Origin: Scyliorhinus canicula | Taxonomy: Eukaryota | DNA length: 64,000 nucleotides | Assembly: GCF_902713615.1 (NCBI RefSeq) | Contig: NC_052148.1 | Coordinates: 34,825,888 to 34,889,887 of the forward strand | Direction of reading: 5' to 3' | Shown: positions 23,976 through 37,500 of the stretch, piece by piece | Position numbering within the stretch: position 1 is the stretch's first letter | Layout of the letters: the number at the start of each line of letters is the position of its first letter | Translations under genes and position numbers: made by a program | The notes under the pieces: model-generated | Told to the model about the DNA's origin: nothing | Databases searched by the model: none | What the model saw: only the letters and a program-made list of their open reading frames with translations

Positions 23976-24498
23976 AAGCTTCCAAACTTGTACCTCTTAT
24001 TGCTATACTTAATATATTGCCTGAGCACTCACCACACTTCCCACCCTCAATATTCAGTTCACTCTTCCAATCATTACAGCACACTTCAATCCATCTCCTT
24101 CATCTCCTAATATCATTCTGACCTCTCCAGTCCAGAAATCCAATGTTGGAACACTAGTTGTCTGGAAATGTTTGAGTATTATTTTGGTACAGTACTTTGG
24201 CAACAGAGCAGATACAGTGTATGGGTTATTAATACAATTCTCATTCCTGTTTTATAATACTTTATCACTGTTTTATGTTTCAGGTGAAGATCTATATCGA
24301 TGGTGTTTTCTGGTTCACACTTTTGTGGTTAGAAATCCTACTGATATTCTATAACCCAGAAAGTTCTGAAATCCAGAAATGGCTTGATCCCAGCATTCCA
24401 GTCCAGAGAGGTTATAACATTTCACATTCTGCATCTGTTACTCTCTTCAGTATTATATCCTTCACCTCCTCTGACTTCTGCCACATTTCAGATATCAT

Positions 24499-25193
24499 GG
24501 GCGAAATTCTCCGACCCCCAGCAGGGTCGGAGAATCGCCTGGGGCCGCCTAAAATCCCGCCCCCGCCGTGGCAGAGATTCTCCGCCACCCGGGAAGTGGT
24601 GGTGGCGGGAATCTCGCCACTCCGATCGGAGAGGCCCCTGCGGTGATTCTCCGGCCCGGATGGGCCGAAGTCCCGCCACTGGGAGGCCTCTCCCGCAGCC
24701 GAGGTTTGAACCACCTCTGTAACGGCGGGATCAGCGGAGCGAGCGGGCCCCGGGTCCTGGGGGTGGCGGGGGGCGATCGAACCAGGGGGGTGCCCCCACG
24801 GTGGCCTGGCCCGCAATCGGGGCCCCCCGCTCAGACTCCGGGCCAGTGCCCTGGGTGCACGCTTTCTCCTTCCGCGGCCGCCACGGCCTCCGCCATGGCG
24901 GAAGCGGAAAAGAAACCCACATCGCGCATGCGCCGGTGGTGACGTCAGCGTCAGTTGGCCGCTGACGTCACTGCCGGCACATGCGCCGACCTGCGAAAGC
25001 CTTTCGGCCAGCCCCGCTGCCAGGGGCGCCGGTTTTTTGCGCCAGCCTTCTGGTGCCGACCGCTCCGGCGCGGGGCTGGCCCCCAAAGGTGGGGAGAATT
25101 CCCCACCTTTGGGGAGGCCTGACCCCTGAGTGGTTGGCGCCACTCCCCTAAACCGGGACCCTCCGTCATGCCGGGTAGGGGAGAATCCAGCCC
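24499..25193. mobile_element. GC-rich MITE, PIF/Harbinger-like
   Basis: 14-bp imperfect TIR gggcgaaattctcc / ggagaatccagccc (11/14 identical), 3-bp TSD CAT at 24496-24498 and 25194-25196. Confidence 0.8.
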
Positions 25194-26949
25194 CATATCA
25201 GATATCAATGACAGCATTCTACCCTGAACCTCTCTTCTTGCTGCTCTAACACACTCTCATTTTGCTCACAGGGCAAGGCTCTATTCCCTTTTGGAAATTC
25301 AAGGTGAATTCCCCGTTCACAATAACAGGGAACAGGTATCCACCAAAGGATGTCCAAAGTTCATCCATGTGCTGTCCTCACCTAAAGACGTGGATATGGA
25401 CATTGAGCATAAGAGGACAAAGATATCTAGTGGGGACTGGAAGGCAGGTCCAGCATGGATTTGAGCCATGTTCCCCTCATTTGAATCTCTTAAATCTCAC
25501 TCATACACACAGAATCCATGTCAGATTGCAGTTGCTTTCAGAAGCAACTTGCCTGTCTCTGCTTTCCAATGACAATAAATGCAAACACATCTCCCTTTCT
25601 TCTATTTCATGTCTAGAAGCTTAACACAGGCCCAAGAAAAGAAAAAGAAACAAAAGTGGAGGGTCACTCAAGTTTACCTTTGCAGACACCAGCTCAGAGA
25701 CTAGCAATGTGTATAGCTCAAAGGACTCATGTACACATGGAGGTGATCTCAGTACCAGTGTGGAGAGTCAAGGGCAATGGCATGGAATGACTGAGGAAGC
25801 AGTTCACCAGAGATAGGGCTTGCACCCGAATCCTGCCGCAACAGACCCACCTTACTTAGACAAGGTCAGCAGGGAAGGTCAAATTGCACTAGGCTGCATG
25901 TCTGTGAGCACAATGTTGGAGAGCATGGAGGAGTCCAGCACCTGGTACTAGGACCATGCAGTCAAACAGAACAAGTGGTCGGCTCTGTGAATGTTGGGAT
26001 CCACAATGATGCACCCTCTGGTCACAGCACTGACTCTTTCAAGGGAAGCTCCAGGCGCTTTCATCTTGGCTCTGGGTTTGGCTTATCCTCTAGCTTAAAA
26101 AATCTGTGGATAGGATCATCAAGGACATTCCTGAGCACCTGAATAGTATTCATGGAAGAAGAGCATCAGAGAGGCACAAAATGTCATTTCTTGTGGTGGC
26201 AGAACACCCACTGCGCACTAGTCCCTCAAACCATGTCTATATTGGTGCCAATCAATCAGCTGTGCCAGATTGACTAGGCAGAATTCATGTTCCAGTGGTC
26301 TGGATCCGTGCCTTGAACAGCCAGAAGATCACCCACCAAGAACACTGAGTGCCAGGATAACCAATAGGGAACCACTTTATAGGAGCACTAGAATAGATAA
26401 CCAAGAACAAAATATGGGACATGGGGTGTGCACCAGGGAGATTTGTAAGAATACATAGCAGTCATGGAACATTTTGTGAAACTATGAATGGAGTCTTTTG
26501 GAGAAGAGAAGTAAAATGTTTGATTTTGGTCTTCACAATCTTAGCGGTGAAGTGTATATTTTGAGGCCATTGGTGCAATGGGTGTCTTTTGGACACTAGG
26601 AGGCAATTTAGCATTGGTCAATCCACCTAGCTTATGCATCTTTGGACAGTGGGACGAAACTGGAGCACGCGGAGGAAACCAAGCAGACACGGTGAGAATA
26701 TGCAAACTCCGCACAGTCATCTGAGGGCGGAATTGAACCCGGGTTCCTGGTTCTGTGAGGCAAGAGTGCTACTAACTGTGCCACTGTGTCATCCTCTTTG
26801 CCACCGTGTTGCCCTCGTGTCGCCTTAATATCCATATGCTTCCTGCCCCTGGCCTCCTTCACCCTCTCCTTGCATAATGTACAGTTCAGTGCTGCATCTC
26901 TTGCTGTGTTACTTTTCCAATGGCCATCCTGGGAAACTCTAGTCTCATT

Positions 26950-28900
26950 TTATTAGCTCAAGCCAAATAAAACATAAACAAGCAACGACATTTCTTGAAT
27001 AAAACAGATCTGAGATCCGATAAGGACTGCAGTAATAACCTCAAACTATCTTCAAAACCTTCAAAAGAAACACTTGGCAATTTTTTACTTAACTTTCAAT
27101 TTTAATACTATTTCTGTTCTTTTTTACTCACTTTATCCCATTCAATTTTTTCCTATTTTCTTTTCTATTATTGCTCTGATTTTTACTTTCTATCTACCAA
27201 ATGTCCTCACTGCAAGTATAATTAATTATAGGGATTGCCTTGAGAGGTTCTGATGTGATAAGACACTCTCTAAATGGAAATGTTATATTTTGTTCCATTT
27301 TGCCAGCCCAGTCACTTTGAAAATGTTGGCTCGTGTTTAACTGATATTTGACTTGAAAGCTTGATTATTGCATATTACAAAAATAATTACTTCATTGACA
27401 TATTGGGATAAGTTTGATACAATTTTTCACAATGGAAACATGAGTGGTCTCACTCTATAGGTTATTTTGAAAATCGCTTATTGTCACAAGTAGGCTTCAC
27501 TGAAGTTACTGTGAAAAGCCCCTAGTCGCCACATTCCAGTGCCTGTTCGGGGAGGCTGGGACATGCATCTTGTATCAAATAACTCATCCATGGCACAGTA
27601 AGGGCTTAATTAAAACCCAGCAGTTGTGAGTTGCAGAGATTTAAACATCAGCCACCACCCTATGTGGTCCACTAACATGTTCACTTAAGTTAGTGTTACG
27701 TAATGTTTTACAGGGATAGGAACGTGTTGCGGTGATTTTTGGACAGGTGCTCATTTTTAACCAATAGACACATGTTTTAGGCAAACCACCAGACTGTGGC
27801 TTTCCATTACTTTCCTTAATTCAGTAACATATCTCATTAGAATTCAGCAGGAATTTCAGAATAATTGTGTTCAGCAACTGCTAAATAATTGAACAGAGCA
27901 GTTTAATCAGATACCCATTTGGTTTCTTGAGGTAGCAGGGAATTTATAAAACACTGCCCTCTTGTGCCTGTGTTCCAAATTCACTCGTATTTCCACAGCA
28001 AACTCTTTGTAAAGTGCACTGGACTTTAAAGGTAAGAATATCAGCGTTTTATTAGTGATTAGAAATATTAATTTTTGATCACAGAGCAGAATAACTTCTA
28101 AATAAAGTTTGATTGTTTTTAACTCATTTTCCACAGCTACTACAGTTTAGAAATCACTTGTAGTCGATCCAACATTTTCCAGACGACTTGTAGGCTGATA
28201 TGAAATTGAAGGAAACATCTCTGCTGGATGCTGTGTAGTTCCCAGCATTGTTTGACGATATCTTGATTATGTAATGAATGGTCCAATGTCCCAACATCCC
28301 ACAAAAAGGAAGACTTGCTAGAGGAATTAGAAATGACACTAGATCAAAATATTATGAAATATTTTACTACCCTTCTTCAGCTTTAAACCTTAAAACACCC
28401 CCTTACTGGAACACTGAAGACATTTCTTCACTTAGTTTGCAAATGGAACAAAATGATCCCACTCTGTATCGTAAAGGAATCATTAATGTAAAATACTTTT
28501 TCCAAAGAACCTATTGATTCAGTATTACATGCGTGAATATTTGAAACAGTAAAATATGCTAGAAAAATAAAACTCTTTCGACTAATGCAAAAAGCGGCAA
28601 ACAATTCCTCTCTTCATAAAAAAAGTAAATTTTTACGGAGATAGTTACTCAGAATAAAACTGATAAGGTTGCAGCTCCAAATCAGATTCTACGAATCAAA
28701 TTCTTTGTTTCTAAACTCTCTGGGTGTAGATATTGAAAATGACATTTTTCTTATTACTGCAAAGAAGATTACCAAGACGGCAATTTTGGTTTGTAAAGGC
28801 AGATAAATTATGCAGTAAAGGAAATAAGGTGTTCATCATATTGTGTTTAACTATGCTCTGAGGACAGTCAAAATCGCTTGGCAATCAACAAATTACTTTT
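26950..28900 (-). repeat. Old AT-rich ~2-kb repeat copy B
   Basis: Shares ordered anchors with 17650-19760. Confidence 0.55.
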
Positions 28901-29342
28901 GTGATGATCCCGGTGTCATATTAGTACTACCTAGATAAACCCTAGTACATATACAACTGGCAAAGCATCAACCTAATAATATCATAGCCTAAACTTTTAA
29001 ATATACAAACAAAATCTGGGAAACTAAGAATCATATTATGCATTCTCTTCAGAGTCAGAAACAACAGCTAGCCAAGTGACAAAGATATTAGATTGATTAG
29101 ATTAGCACGTTCTAACATCCAAGGCTATAGGCTAAGAGCTGGCAAATGAGATTAGGTAGGTAGGTCAGGTGTTTTTCATGTATGGGTGCAGACTCGAAGA
29201 GCCTCTGTGTATTATGTGATTCTGTGATATTTGTGTGTTGTTTGGTCTTGAGCTTTGGGACAATGTAGGCCAAAGGTTAGCTCTGAAATAACCCCCAAGG
29301 CAATTCCAAACTTCCTCAAAGTCTTTCTTAATCATTTTAGCA

Positions 29343-29698
29343 CGGGCAGCATGGTAGCATTGTGGATAGCACAATTGCTTCACAACTCCAGGGTCCCAGG
29401 TTCAATTCCGGCTTGGGTCACTGTCTGTGCAGAGTCTGCACATCCTCCCCGTGTGTGTGTGGATTTCCTCCGGGTGCTCCGGTTTCCTCCCACAGTCCAA
29501 AGATGTGCTGGTTCAGTGGATTGGCCATGATAAATTGCCCTTAGTGTCCAAAATTTCCCTTAGTGTTGGGTGGGGGTACTGGGTTTTGGGATAGGATGGA
29601 GGGGTTGACCTCAGGAAGTGTGTTCTTTCCAAGAGCCGGTGCAGACTCGATGGGCCGAGTGGCCTCCTTCTGCACTGTAAATTCTATGATAATCTATC
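29343..29698 (+). mobile_element. Full-length HE1-like SINE
   Basis: tRNA-like head, core, LINE-like 3' end ttctatgataatctat. Confidence 0.85.
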
Positions 29699-32600
29699 TA
29701 ACTAATGTTGAAACATACTCCTGCTGAAATCAAATGCTCCCTAAAATGAATCAATTTTTCAAATTTAATTTATAGAATTCGAGAAGGTGGTTAAGACGCC
29801 ACCTCTATTTTCTCCCCATCTTTTCATTGTCTTATCTCATTGATGTTTTCTTTCATATATCCACACCATTACTAAGGTCACCTATTTCTCATTCTTTAAC
29901 ATCGCTTCACTCCATCCACCACAACTCATCTGTCCCACAGCCCAACAAGGTATCCGAGCTCCTTTCATTCTGGTCTGTTGTACATCACCAATTTTAATTG
30001 CTGCACCATTGGATAAGCTTTTGGTCATCAGACCTAATATGACTTGTGTGGTTGGGTGCCTGCATTGGTTTTATAATGCTTCTGTGAGGTGCCTTAGGAT
30101 GTTTCATTATAAGGGTGCTTTATGAATATAAGATTTTTTTTGGGACATTGGGAATCTGCATTATAATGGTTATTTGGAGGAAGTGATCACTAAGCTGTTG
30201 ATGTGTGAAGACCTACGCTGGGTGTTTCTTTTGCACAGAATAGCAGGTGGCACAGAATCAGCTCCCTTTTGCAAACTGCAGAGCACACCTGCTGCTGTGA
30301 CTGGGTCTGTGGGATTTAATGTGGTGAAAATTATGTAGGGTACAGGTTGGCCGGCTGCACTCACTGCCTCAGTTGCATGTTCTTAGAAATTCTTTGCAAT
30401 GATACGCCACTACCGCCATACAAGACATCCTGGTAACTGCAAGTGGCTAAATAGACTGCAATACTTGTAGATGTACTATAGGGCAAAAATGTAAAACATA
30501 GTTACTTTGTCTGTTTTAGTCGTGGTGAGTGTAGCCTCTGAGTCAGAAGGCTATGGTTTCAAGACCAGTTCAAGAGACAGTACAGAGGCTGGCAGTGCAG
30601 GGCCTGATGCTGCACTTTTGAAAAAGATGTTTAACGAGGCCTGTTTCCCCTCTAGGTGCTGTTCACTAAAGCATGGCGGGTTCCCCTTAGTGTGGTAGTG
30701 CCAACCAGCATCACCGCCAAGACAAATAAAAACAGAAAATGCTGGATGAATCTAGCAGGTCTGGGGAGAGAGAAACAGTTGGAGTCCATTCTGACTTCTT
30801 CAGAGCCAAAACATGCATCTGGCGACATTCATATTAATATGAGTGGGAGCTTGCTGTGTGCATAAACGCTTAGAGGACAACTTGAGCTCCTCAAAGGCGC
30901 TATAAAAATGCAAATTCTACTCCCGAAAATTAATGAATTGAACTGGAAGGTCAACGCAGGTTTTGACTTCGATGTGTCCAAGGACAGCAAGGTGCCACAT
31001 TTAAAACTAGGAGCGGGAAAACGGTGCCAAGTGCACCGTGATCCGGCCTGTAGTACTGTCTCCAGAAAGAGCTGGGTGGAGCTCGAATTCCCCTTAGCAA
31101 ATCCCAAGGACCAAACCCAACAGTCATTTGTAATCCTGCATCCGCTGTGTGAAGGGTCTGTGATCAAGAAACTGCTTGTCGCTCGTCAATGTTTCCTTCA
31201 CGGAACCGGTTTTCGGTTTGCATCATCAGCTTTGATCTTCTGGGGTTTCCAATGCACAGACTTGGTCAGAACGATACCAGAGACACGTGTGCAATGCAGT
31301 CTGTCCACGGCCTCTCACTAGGTAAGTCCCAGCAGACTAGCTTGTAGAAGATGTGGGCGTCAACAGGTTAGACGCAAAACAGGTTCCAGAAGGGTTTCAA
31401 GTCTCGTTGCCAATAACATTACGAATCGATACTTCTTCGTTCGTTACTATCAATTTTTGATCCTCGCTGTTCTATTCTTGGTCATTCGCCCGTTGAAATA
31501 GTTATAAGTACATCATTTCAGTCAGCAATGAACACAATACCTACCAGTTAACTCTTTACTGAGAGCCGAATTCATGCCTTTGTTATCTCTAGACTAGATC
31601 ATTCCAGTGTACTGTCCCCCCACATTCTCCCCTCTATAAACTTGAGCTCATGGAAAACTCTGCTGCCCCTGACTGCATCAACTTCCATTCACCTGTCACC
31701 TCTATGCTCTATAATGTAGATAGGCTTTCGAGGGATTACACAGGTCAGCGCAACATCGAGGGCCGAAGGGCCTGTGCTGCGCTGTAATGTTCTATGTTCT
31801 ATGCTCTCTGGCCTACACTGGCTCCTGGTAAAGGAAAGTCTTGATTTTAAAATTCTCATTCTTGTTTTCAAATCCCTTCATGGCCTCCCGCCCCCGCACC
31901 CTTCCAATCTTTGAAATTTCCTCCAGGCCCAGAACTTTCAGAGACACCTGCAGTCCTCCAACTCGATACTAATAGGCCCGCCATTCTGGAATACTTTCCC
32001 AAATCTCTGCCTCACTTTCCATACAAACACACAAACATACAAACTAGGAGCAGGAATAGGCCAATCAGCCCCTGGAGCCTGCTCCACCATTCAATAATAA
32101 TAATCGCTTATTGTCACAAGTAGGCTTCAATGAAGTTACTGTGAAAAGCCCCGAGTCGCCACATTCTGGCACCTGTTTGGGGAGTCTGGTACGGGAATTG
32201 AACCCACGCTGCTGGCATTGTCCTGCATTACAAGCCAGCTGTTTAGCCCACTGTTCTAAACCAACCCCAAGATCATGGATTGTTGCCCCACCCCCTACCT
32301 CACCCCCATAGCCTTTGACCCCCTTGTTAGTTAAGAATCGATCGACATCTACCTTAAAAATATCCATTGACTGCTCCACCACTCTCTGGGGAAGAGAGTT
32401 CCAAAGGTTCAAAATGCTCTGAGTTTGCCTCATCTCTGTCTTAATTTTTAAATTGTATCCCCTTGTTCTTCAATCCTTTAAGATACTCTATAAAACCAAT
32501 CTCTTTGACCAGGTTTTGGTTTAGTCTAAATAAATAAAACGTGTTGTCCTACCTTCCCAGCCTGGCAAAATGTTGGCCTATATTTCATTCTTGAGTTCTG

Positions 32601-32996
32601 ATAAAGGAATCTCCAATCCTCACTGGTGTTGTATATTTCCAACATTTTCTGTTTCTGTTTCAAATTTCCTGTAATTACACCTAATGTGGTTAGTTCAGTC
32701 AAATAAAGTAACTCGCCTATTTCAATAAGACTTGCATTGACACAGCACCGTTCACAGCCACAGGATGGCCCAACCCACTTTCCAGCCAATGGCATTGTTT
32801 CGTGGTATCGTCATATTTGTCGTGTAGGAAATGCAGCCAATTTGGGGATGAAACTGGAGAGGTCTCCATTGGAACGGAGCAGATTAAAGGATGATTTGAT
32901 AAACATGTTGAAATAAATGGAAATCACCAAGCAGAATGGATAGAAGCAACCTGGGGAAATGGAGTAGTCGAAAACAAGACATTAATATAAAATTGA

Positions 32997-33225
32997 GGGG
33001 CGGCACAGCGGCGCAGTGGTTAGCACTGCTGCATCATGCCGCTGAGTACCCGGGTTCGATCCTGGTCCCGGATCACTGTCCGTGTGGAGTTTGCACATTC
33101 TCCCCGTGTCTGTGTGGGTCTCACCCCCACAACCCGAAGATGTGCAGGGTAGATGGGTTGGCACGCTAAATTGTAACTTAATTGGAAAATAAAAGAATTG
33201 GGTATTCTAAATTTATAAAAAATAT
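32997..33225 (+). mobile_element. HE1-like short SINE
   Basis: Same family as 58594-58819. Confidence 0.8.
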
Positions 33226-34538
33226 ATATATGTAAAATTGAACGTAACAGAGTTAACACAATGGAGCCGAGGAAGCCTTTTTAAACTAGGTGTATTGAGG
33301 ATGTGGAAAGTGCCATCAGGTTAGGGATTGTAGCAGAAACAATTTAAGAATTGATTAGCCAGGTGAATGAAGAAGCCAGGTGAATGAAGAAGGAGATTGA
33401 AGGGATAAAGGAATCTTTATTGGAAATCCCTGGGAGCTGAGACAGATAGGATAGCCTCTATCTGCCTGTGTGAATCTGTGATTCTAGGACCAAGGTGGGC
33501 ACAGGGTTAGGACAACTACTAATGTGAGGGATAAGTACTAACATAGGCTGGGTATTAGGGCCTGTTTTGCCGGTGTAAATTATGTGTATTGCAATGGGAA
33601 ATTGGAGTGCTGAACTGCAAAAGGATTTGAGTGGCCACTTCCTGTTGCCGTGTGGACCACAGCTGATCCGACAACCCGTAATATTGTATTTTATTATCTT
33701 GTTCATCTGGCTTTTCATGCAAATAGTTCTAAAATTAAAATATTAACTGTAATCCACTCTAGATTGTGCTCATGATAGTCTCAGCAGGGCCTTTAATCAA
33801 TCTCTGAGGCTCTTTAAATTACATTTTATTTACAATCTGGACACAGGTTTGACTGTTGGAAGCTGGGGTACGTTGGTAAGGTACCGGATTAATGATCCAG
33901 AGATAGGAGCTTAAATCTCACCATGGGGGGACTTAAATTCAGTTCATTAAATAAAATCTGGAATAACTAACTGGTATTAGTCTAGGGTAAATGTGGAACT
34001 GCCAGATTATTATGAGAGTTGACTTGGTTCACTAATATCCTTTAGGGAAGGAAATCCACTGTTATTACCCAGTCTGGCATGGATATGACTCGAAATCCAC
34101 AACAATGTGGTTGACTCTTCACTGCTCCTGGAAATGGCACTCAGTTGTATCAAAACTACTACTACAAAAAAAATAAGAATAAAACAACCACCCTGGGCAC
34201 TGACTTGTCAAAGGCACATCCAGCCAAGTGACCCTTCAATTTCCTCCTCACTAACATCTAGTGACTTGGACCAAAATTTAGAGAGATTTCCCACAGACTA
34301 TTCAATCCTGATATATGACACAGGAGCTGTTTAGCACACTGGGCTAAATTGCTGGCTTTGAAAGCAGACCAAGGCAGACCAACAGCACGGTTCCCGTAAC
34401 AGCCTCCCCGAACAGGTGCCGGAATGTGGCGACTAGGGGCTTTTCACAGTAACTTCATTGAAGCCTACTCGTGACAATAAGTGATTTTCATTTCATTTCA
34501 GTTATTCTCACAGATTTTACTTTTACACACAGAATCAT

Positions 34539-37500
34539 CGGCCAGATTCTCCATTCCTGAGACTAGAGTTGTTGCCGGGACAGGATTTGTGGAGTTCTAC
34601 GACAGGAAATTGGCGCCGCGCCTGGACCGATTCAGCGACTGCTAAGGGGCTAGTACCGACACCACATGGAACACAATCGATTCTGATGAAAAACGGTGCG
34701 GGAATTGCCGGGTTTTGGGATTGACACTCAGGAGGCTGACAAACTGCACGTTACACTCCCCACACACACCATCCCAGCAAAGAAGATGGCAGCAAGACTT
34801 GTGGCCCCGAAGTTCACCAACACGGAACTGGAGACCCTGCTGGATGCCATGGAGGAGAGGCAAGCCACCCTGTACCCCAGGGTGGGAAGAAGGCTGCCAG
34901 CCGCCACCATTCACCGGGCCTGGACGAAGTGATAGAGGTGCTCACCGCCGTGGACAACACCGTTTGGACCGGCCTGCAGTGTCGGAAGAAACTGCACAAC
35001 CTCCTTAGGACAGCCAGGATGAGTAGGCAGCACTGTGTCCCTCGCACCTACCCCCCATCCCACACACCTGTTACCCCCTCCCCCTCCCCACCTGGAGGGC
35101 GGCCAAACTCCCACCCTGTACCACATGCCGGCACCCATACTAGCCACCATGGCTGGGTGCCCTAGCCACTGCAGCCACCAGCTACCCACCGCCTGGGCTG
35201 TATGTGTTGTCTGACTGTCTAACACTGAGTGTTTTCTGTTTCCCCAAGCCCCCCCCTCTCAGACAGGAGCAGAAGAAGACTGGATGGAGAGCGCCAGTCC
35301 TGTTGCCCCCTCACTGCAACAGAGCAGATGGCATTGGACATGGTTGGCATGCCCGAAGAAAGGGCAGTCGTTGGGGTGGAGGTCAGCATCGGGAGAGGAA
35401 GTGCGACCCCTGATGAGACCATCAATTCACAAGACACGTGATTGGAAGTGAACAGTGGTTTTAATAGTCTTACAACTGAGCCTGCCTGCGACGAGATGAA
35501 CTGGCAGCAGGCTCACGACTGCAGATCTTTATACTTCTGGTTAGTGGGAGGAGCCATGGGCGGAGCCAAGGGTGAAGCCCAGTACAAACTCCTCATCTCC
35601 CTCTATGGGCAGAGCCGCGCAACGGCTCGTATACAGAGCCCACAAGGACACAATACATATGATACAACACTGTGAATTACTAGGTTTATAATTCACCACA
35701 ACCCCACTGAATTGCAGTTCCCGATGGCACCTGTGTCAACCCCCACACTCCCTCTCCACCACCACCACCGCTACCGCCCCCTCCCCTCTCCAACACACAT
35801 GTGGATCAGTGAGTGGTTATCCATTTTGGCTGAAAAAATGGCAAATTATTATCTAAATGAAAAGCAGATTCAAAATGAGTCGGGGATCTGAGTGTCTTTG
35901 TTCATGAATCACAGAAAGTCTGTATGCAGGTACAAATTGTAATAAGAAAGGCAAATGGAATGTTAGCGTTTATTGCAAAAGGGCTGGAGAATAAAAGTAG
36001 AGAAGTTTGTTGCAATTGTATAGGCTGTTGGTGAGACCACATCTGGAGTATTATGTGCAGTTTTGGTCTCCTTATATCAGGAAGGATGTGGTGACATTGG
36101 AGGTAGTTTGAATTTACTTTCCACTTAGATAATAATTTGCCATTTTTTCAGCCAAAATGAATAACCGCTCACTTATCCACATGTGTGTTGGAGAGGGGAG
36201 GGGACGGTAGCAGTGTTGGTGGTGGTAGAGTGAGGGTGTGGGGGTGATGGTGGTGTGGGTTGGTGTAAGGGTGGTATGGAGGTTGTGGTGGGGGTTGACA
36301 CAACTGCCACGGGGAACGGCAACTCAGCGGGGTCTCACTTTCTCTCCCAATGCCAAGGAAGTTCACCAGATTGATTCCCGTGATGAAGGGGTTGAACTAT
36401 GAGGAGAGAATAAACTGTTTGGGCTGGAGTTTAGAAGGTTGAGGGAATCTGATCGAGGTATATAAAATACTAAAAAGGATTGATAAAGTAAACATAGACC
36501 AAATGTTCCCCCTTGTGGGGCAATCTAGAACAAGAGGTCACATATGTATAACAATAATCTTCATTATTGTCACAAGTAGGCTTACATTAACACTGCAATG
36601 AAGTTACTATGAAAATCCCCGAGTCGCCACACTCTGGTACCTGTTTGGGCACACAGAGGGAGAATTCAGAATGTCCAATTCACCTATCAGCATGTCTTTC
36701 GGGACTTGTGGGCGTAAACCGGAGCACCCGGAGGAAATCCACGCAGACACGGGGAGAACATGCAGACGCCGCACAGACAGTGTCCCAAGCCAGGAATCAA
36801 ACCCGGGACCCTGGGGCTGTGAAGCAACAGTACTAACCACTGTACTACAATTGAGAGCTGGTAGATTTAGAACTGAAATGAGGACAAACTACTTCTCGCA
36901 GAGGGTGGTGAATTTGTGGAACTCACTACCCCATTGGGCGGTGGAGTCTGAATCATTAAATGGTTTCAAGAGGGAGATAGATACATTTCTGATTTTAAAA
37001 CGGGTTAAAGGGATATGGGGAACAGGTGGGGAGATGGTTTTGAGACCAGGAAGAGATCCGCCATGATCTGATTAAATGGCAGAGCAGGCTCGAGGGGGTG
37101 AGTTGCCTACTTCTAGTTCCTATGTCCCTATGTTCCTCCCCAACACACCCCCATCACCCACACTCCCCCCTGGCCCAGAATGCAATTGAGTGTTGCAGGA
37201 GCTGTTGGTAATGGGGTTGCATCTCCACAATCGATGGGGACTGTCCATTCCAGAAACCTGAAACCCATCTGGATGGCAGCTAGTCCCTGGAGTAGTCCAG
37301 CCCAGCGACCGTCCATCACCTGGGGGTTCCTCTCTCCACCTGCTGTTGCAGCATGTGTTTGGTACAACCAGATCGTGTCCCAGGAGCCTCTTCACTAAAG
37401 TGCCCAACTCAGGTTTTTATCATAGATTATCATAGAATTTACAGTGCAGAAGGAGGCCATTCGGCTCATCGAGTCTGCACCGGCTCTTGGAAAGAGCACC

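Noticed and set aside
24412-25217. Several long overlapping GC-rich ORFs
   Set aside because: They lie within a MITE; high GC suppresses stops on both strands and there is no recognisable domain.
30908-31321. 137-aa ORF as a protein-coding gene
   Set aside because: No recognisable motif, and the TATA-like element abuts the ATG; kept only as a possible non-coding exon.
34790-35010. Myb/SANT ORF as a domesticated host gene (MSANTD/NAIF1-like)
   Set aside because: It is frameshifted, lies inside TIRs, and several decayed copies occur in the window.
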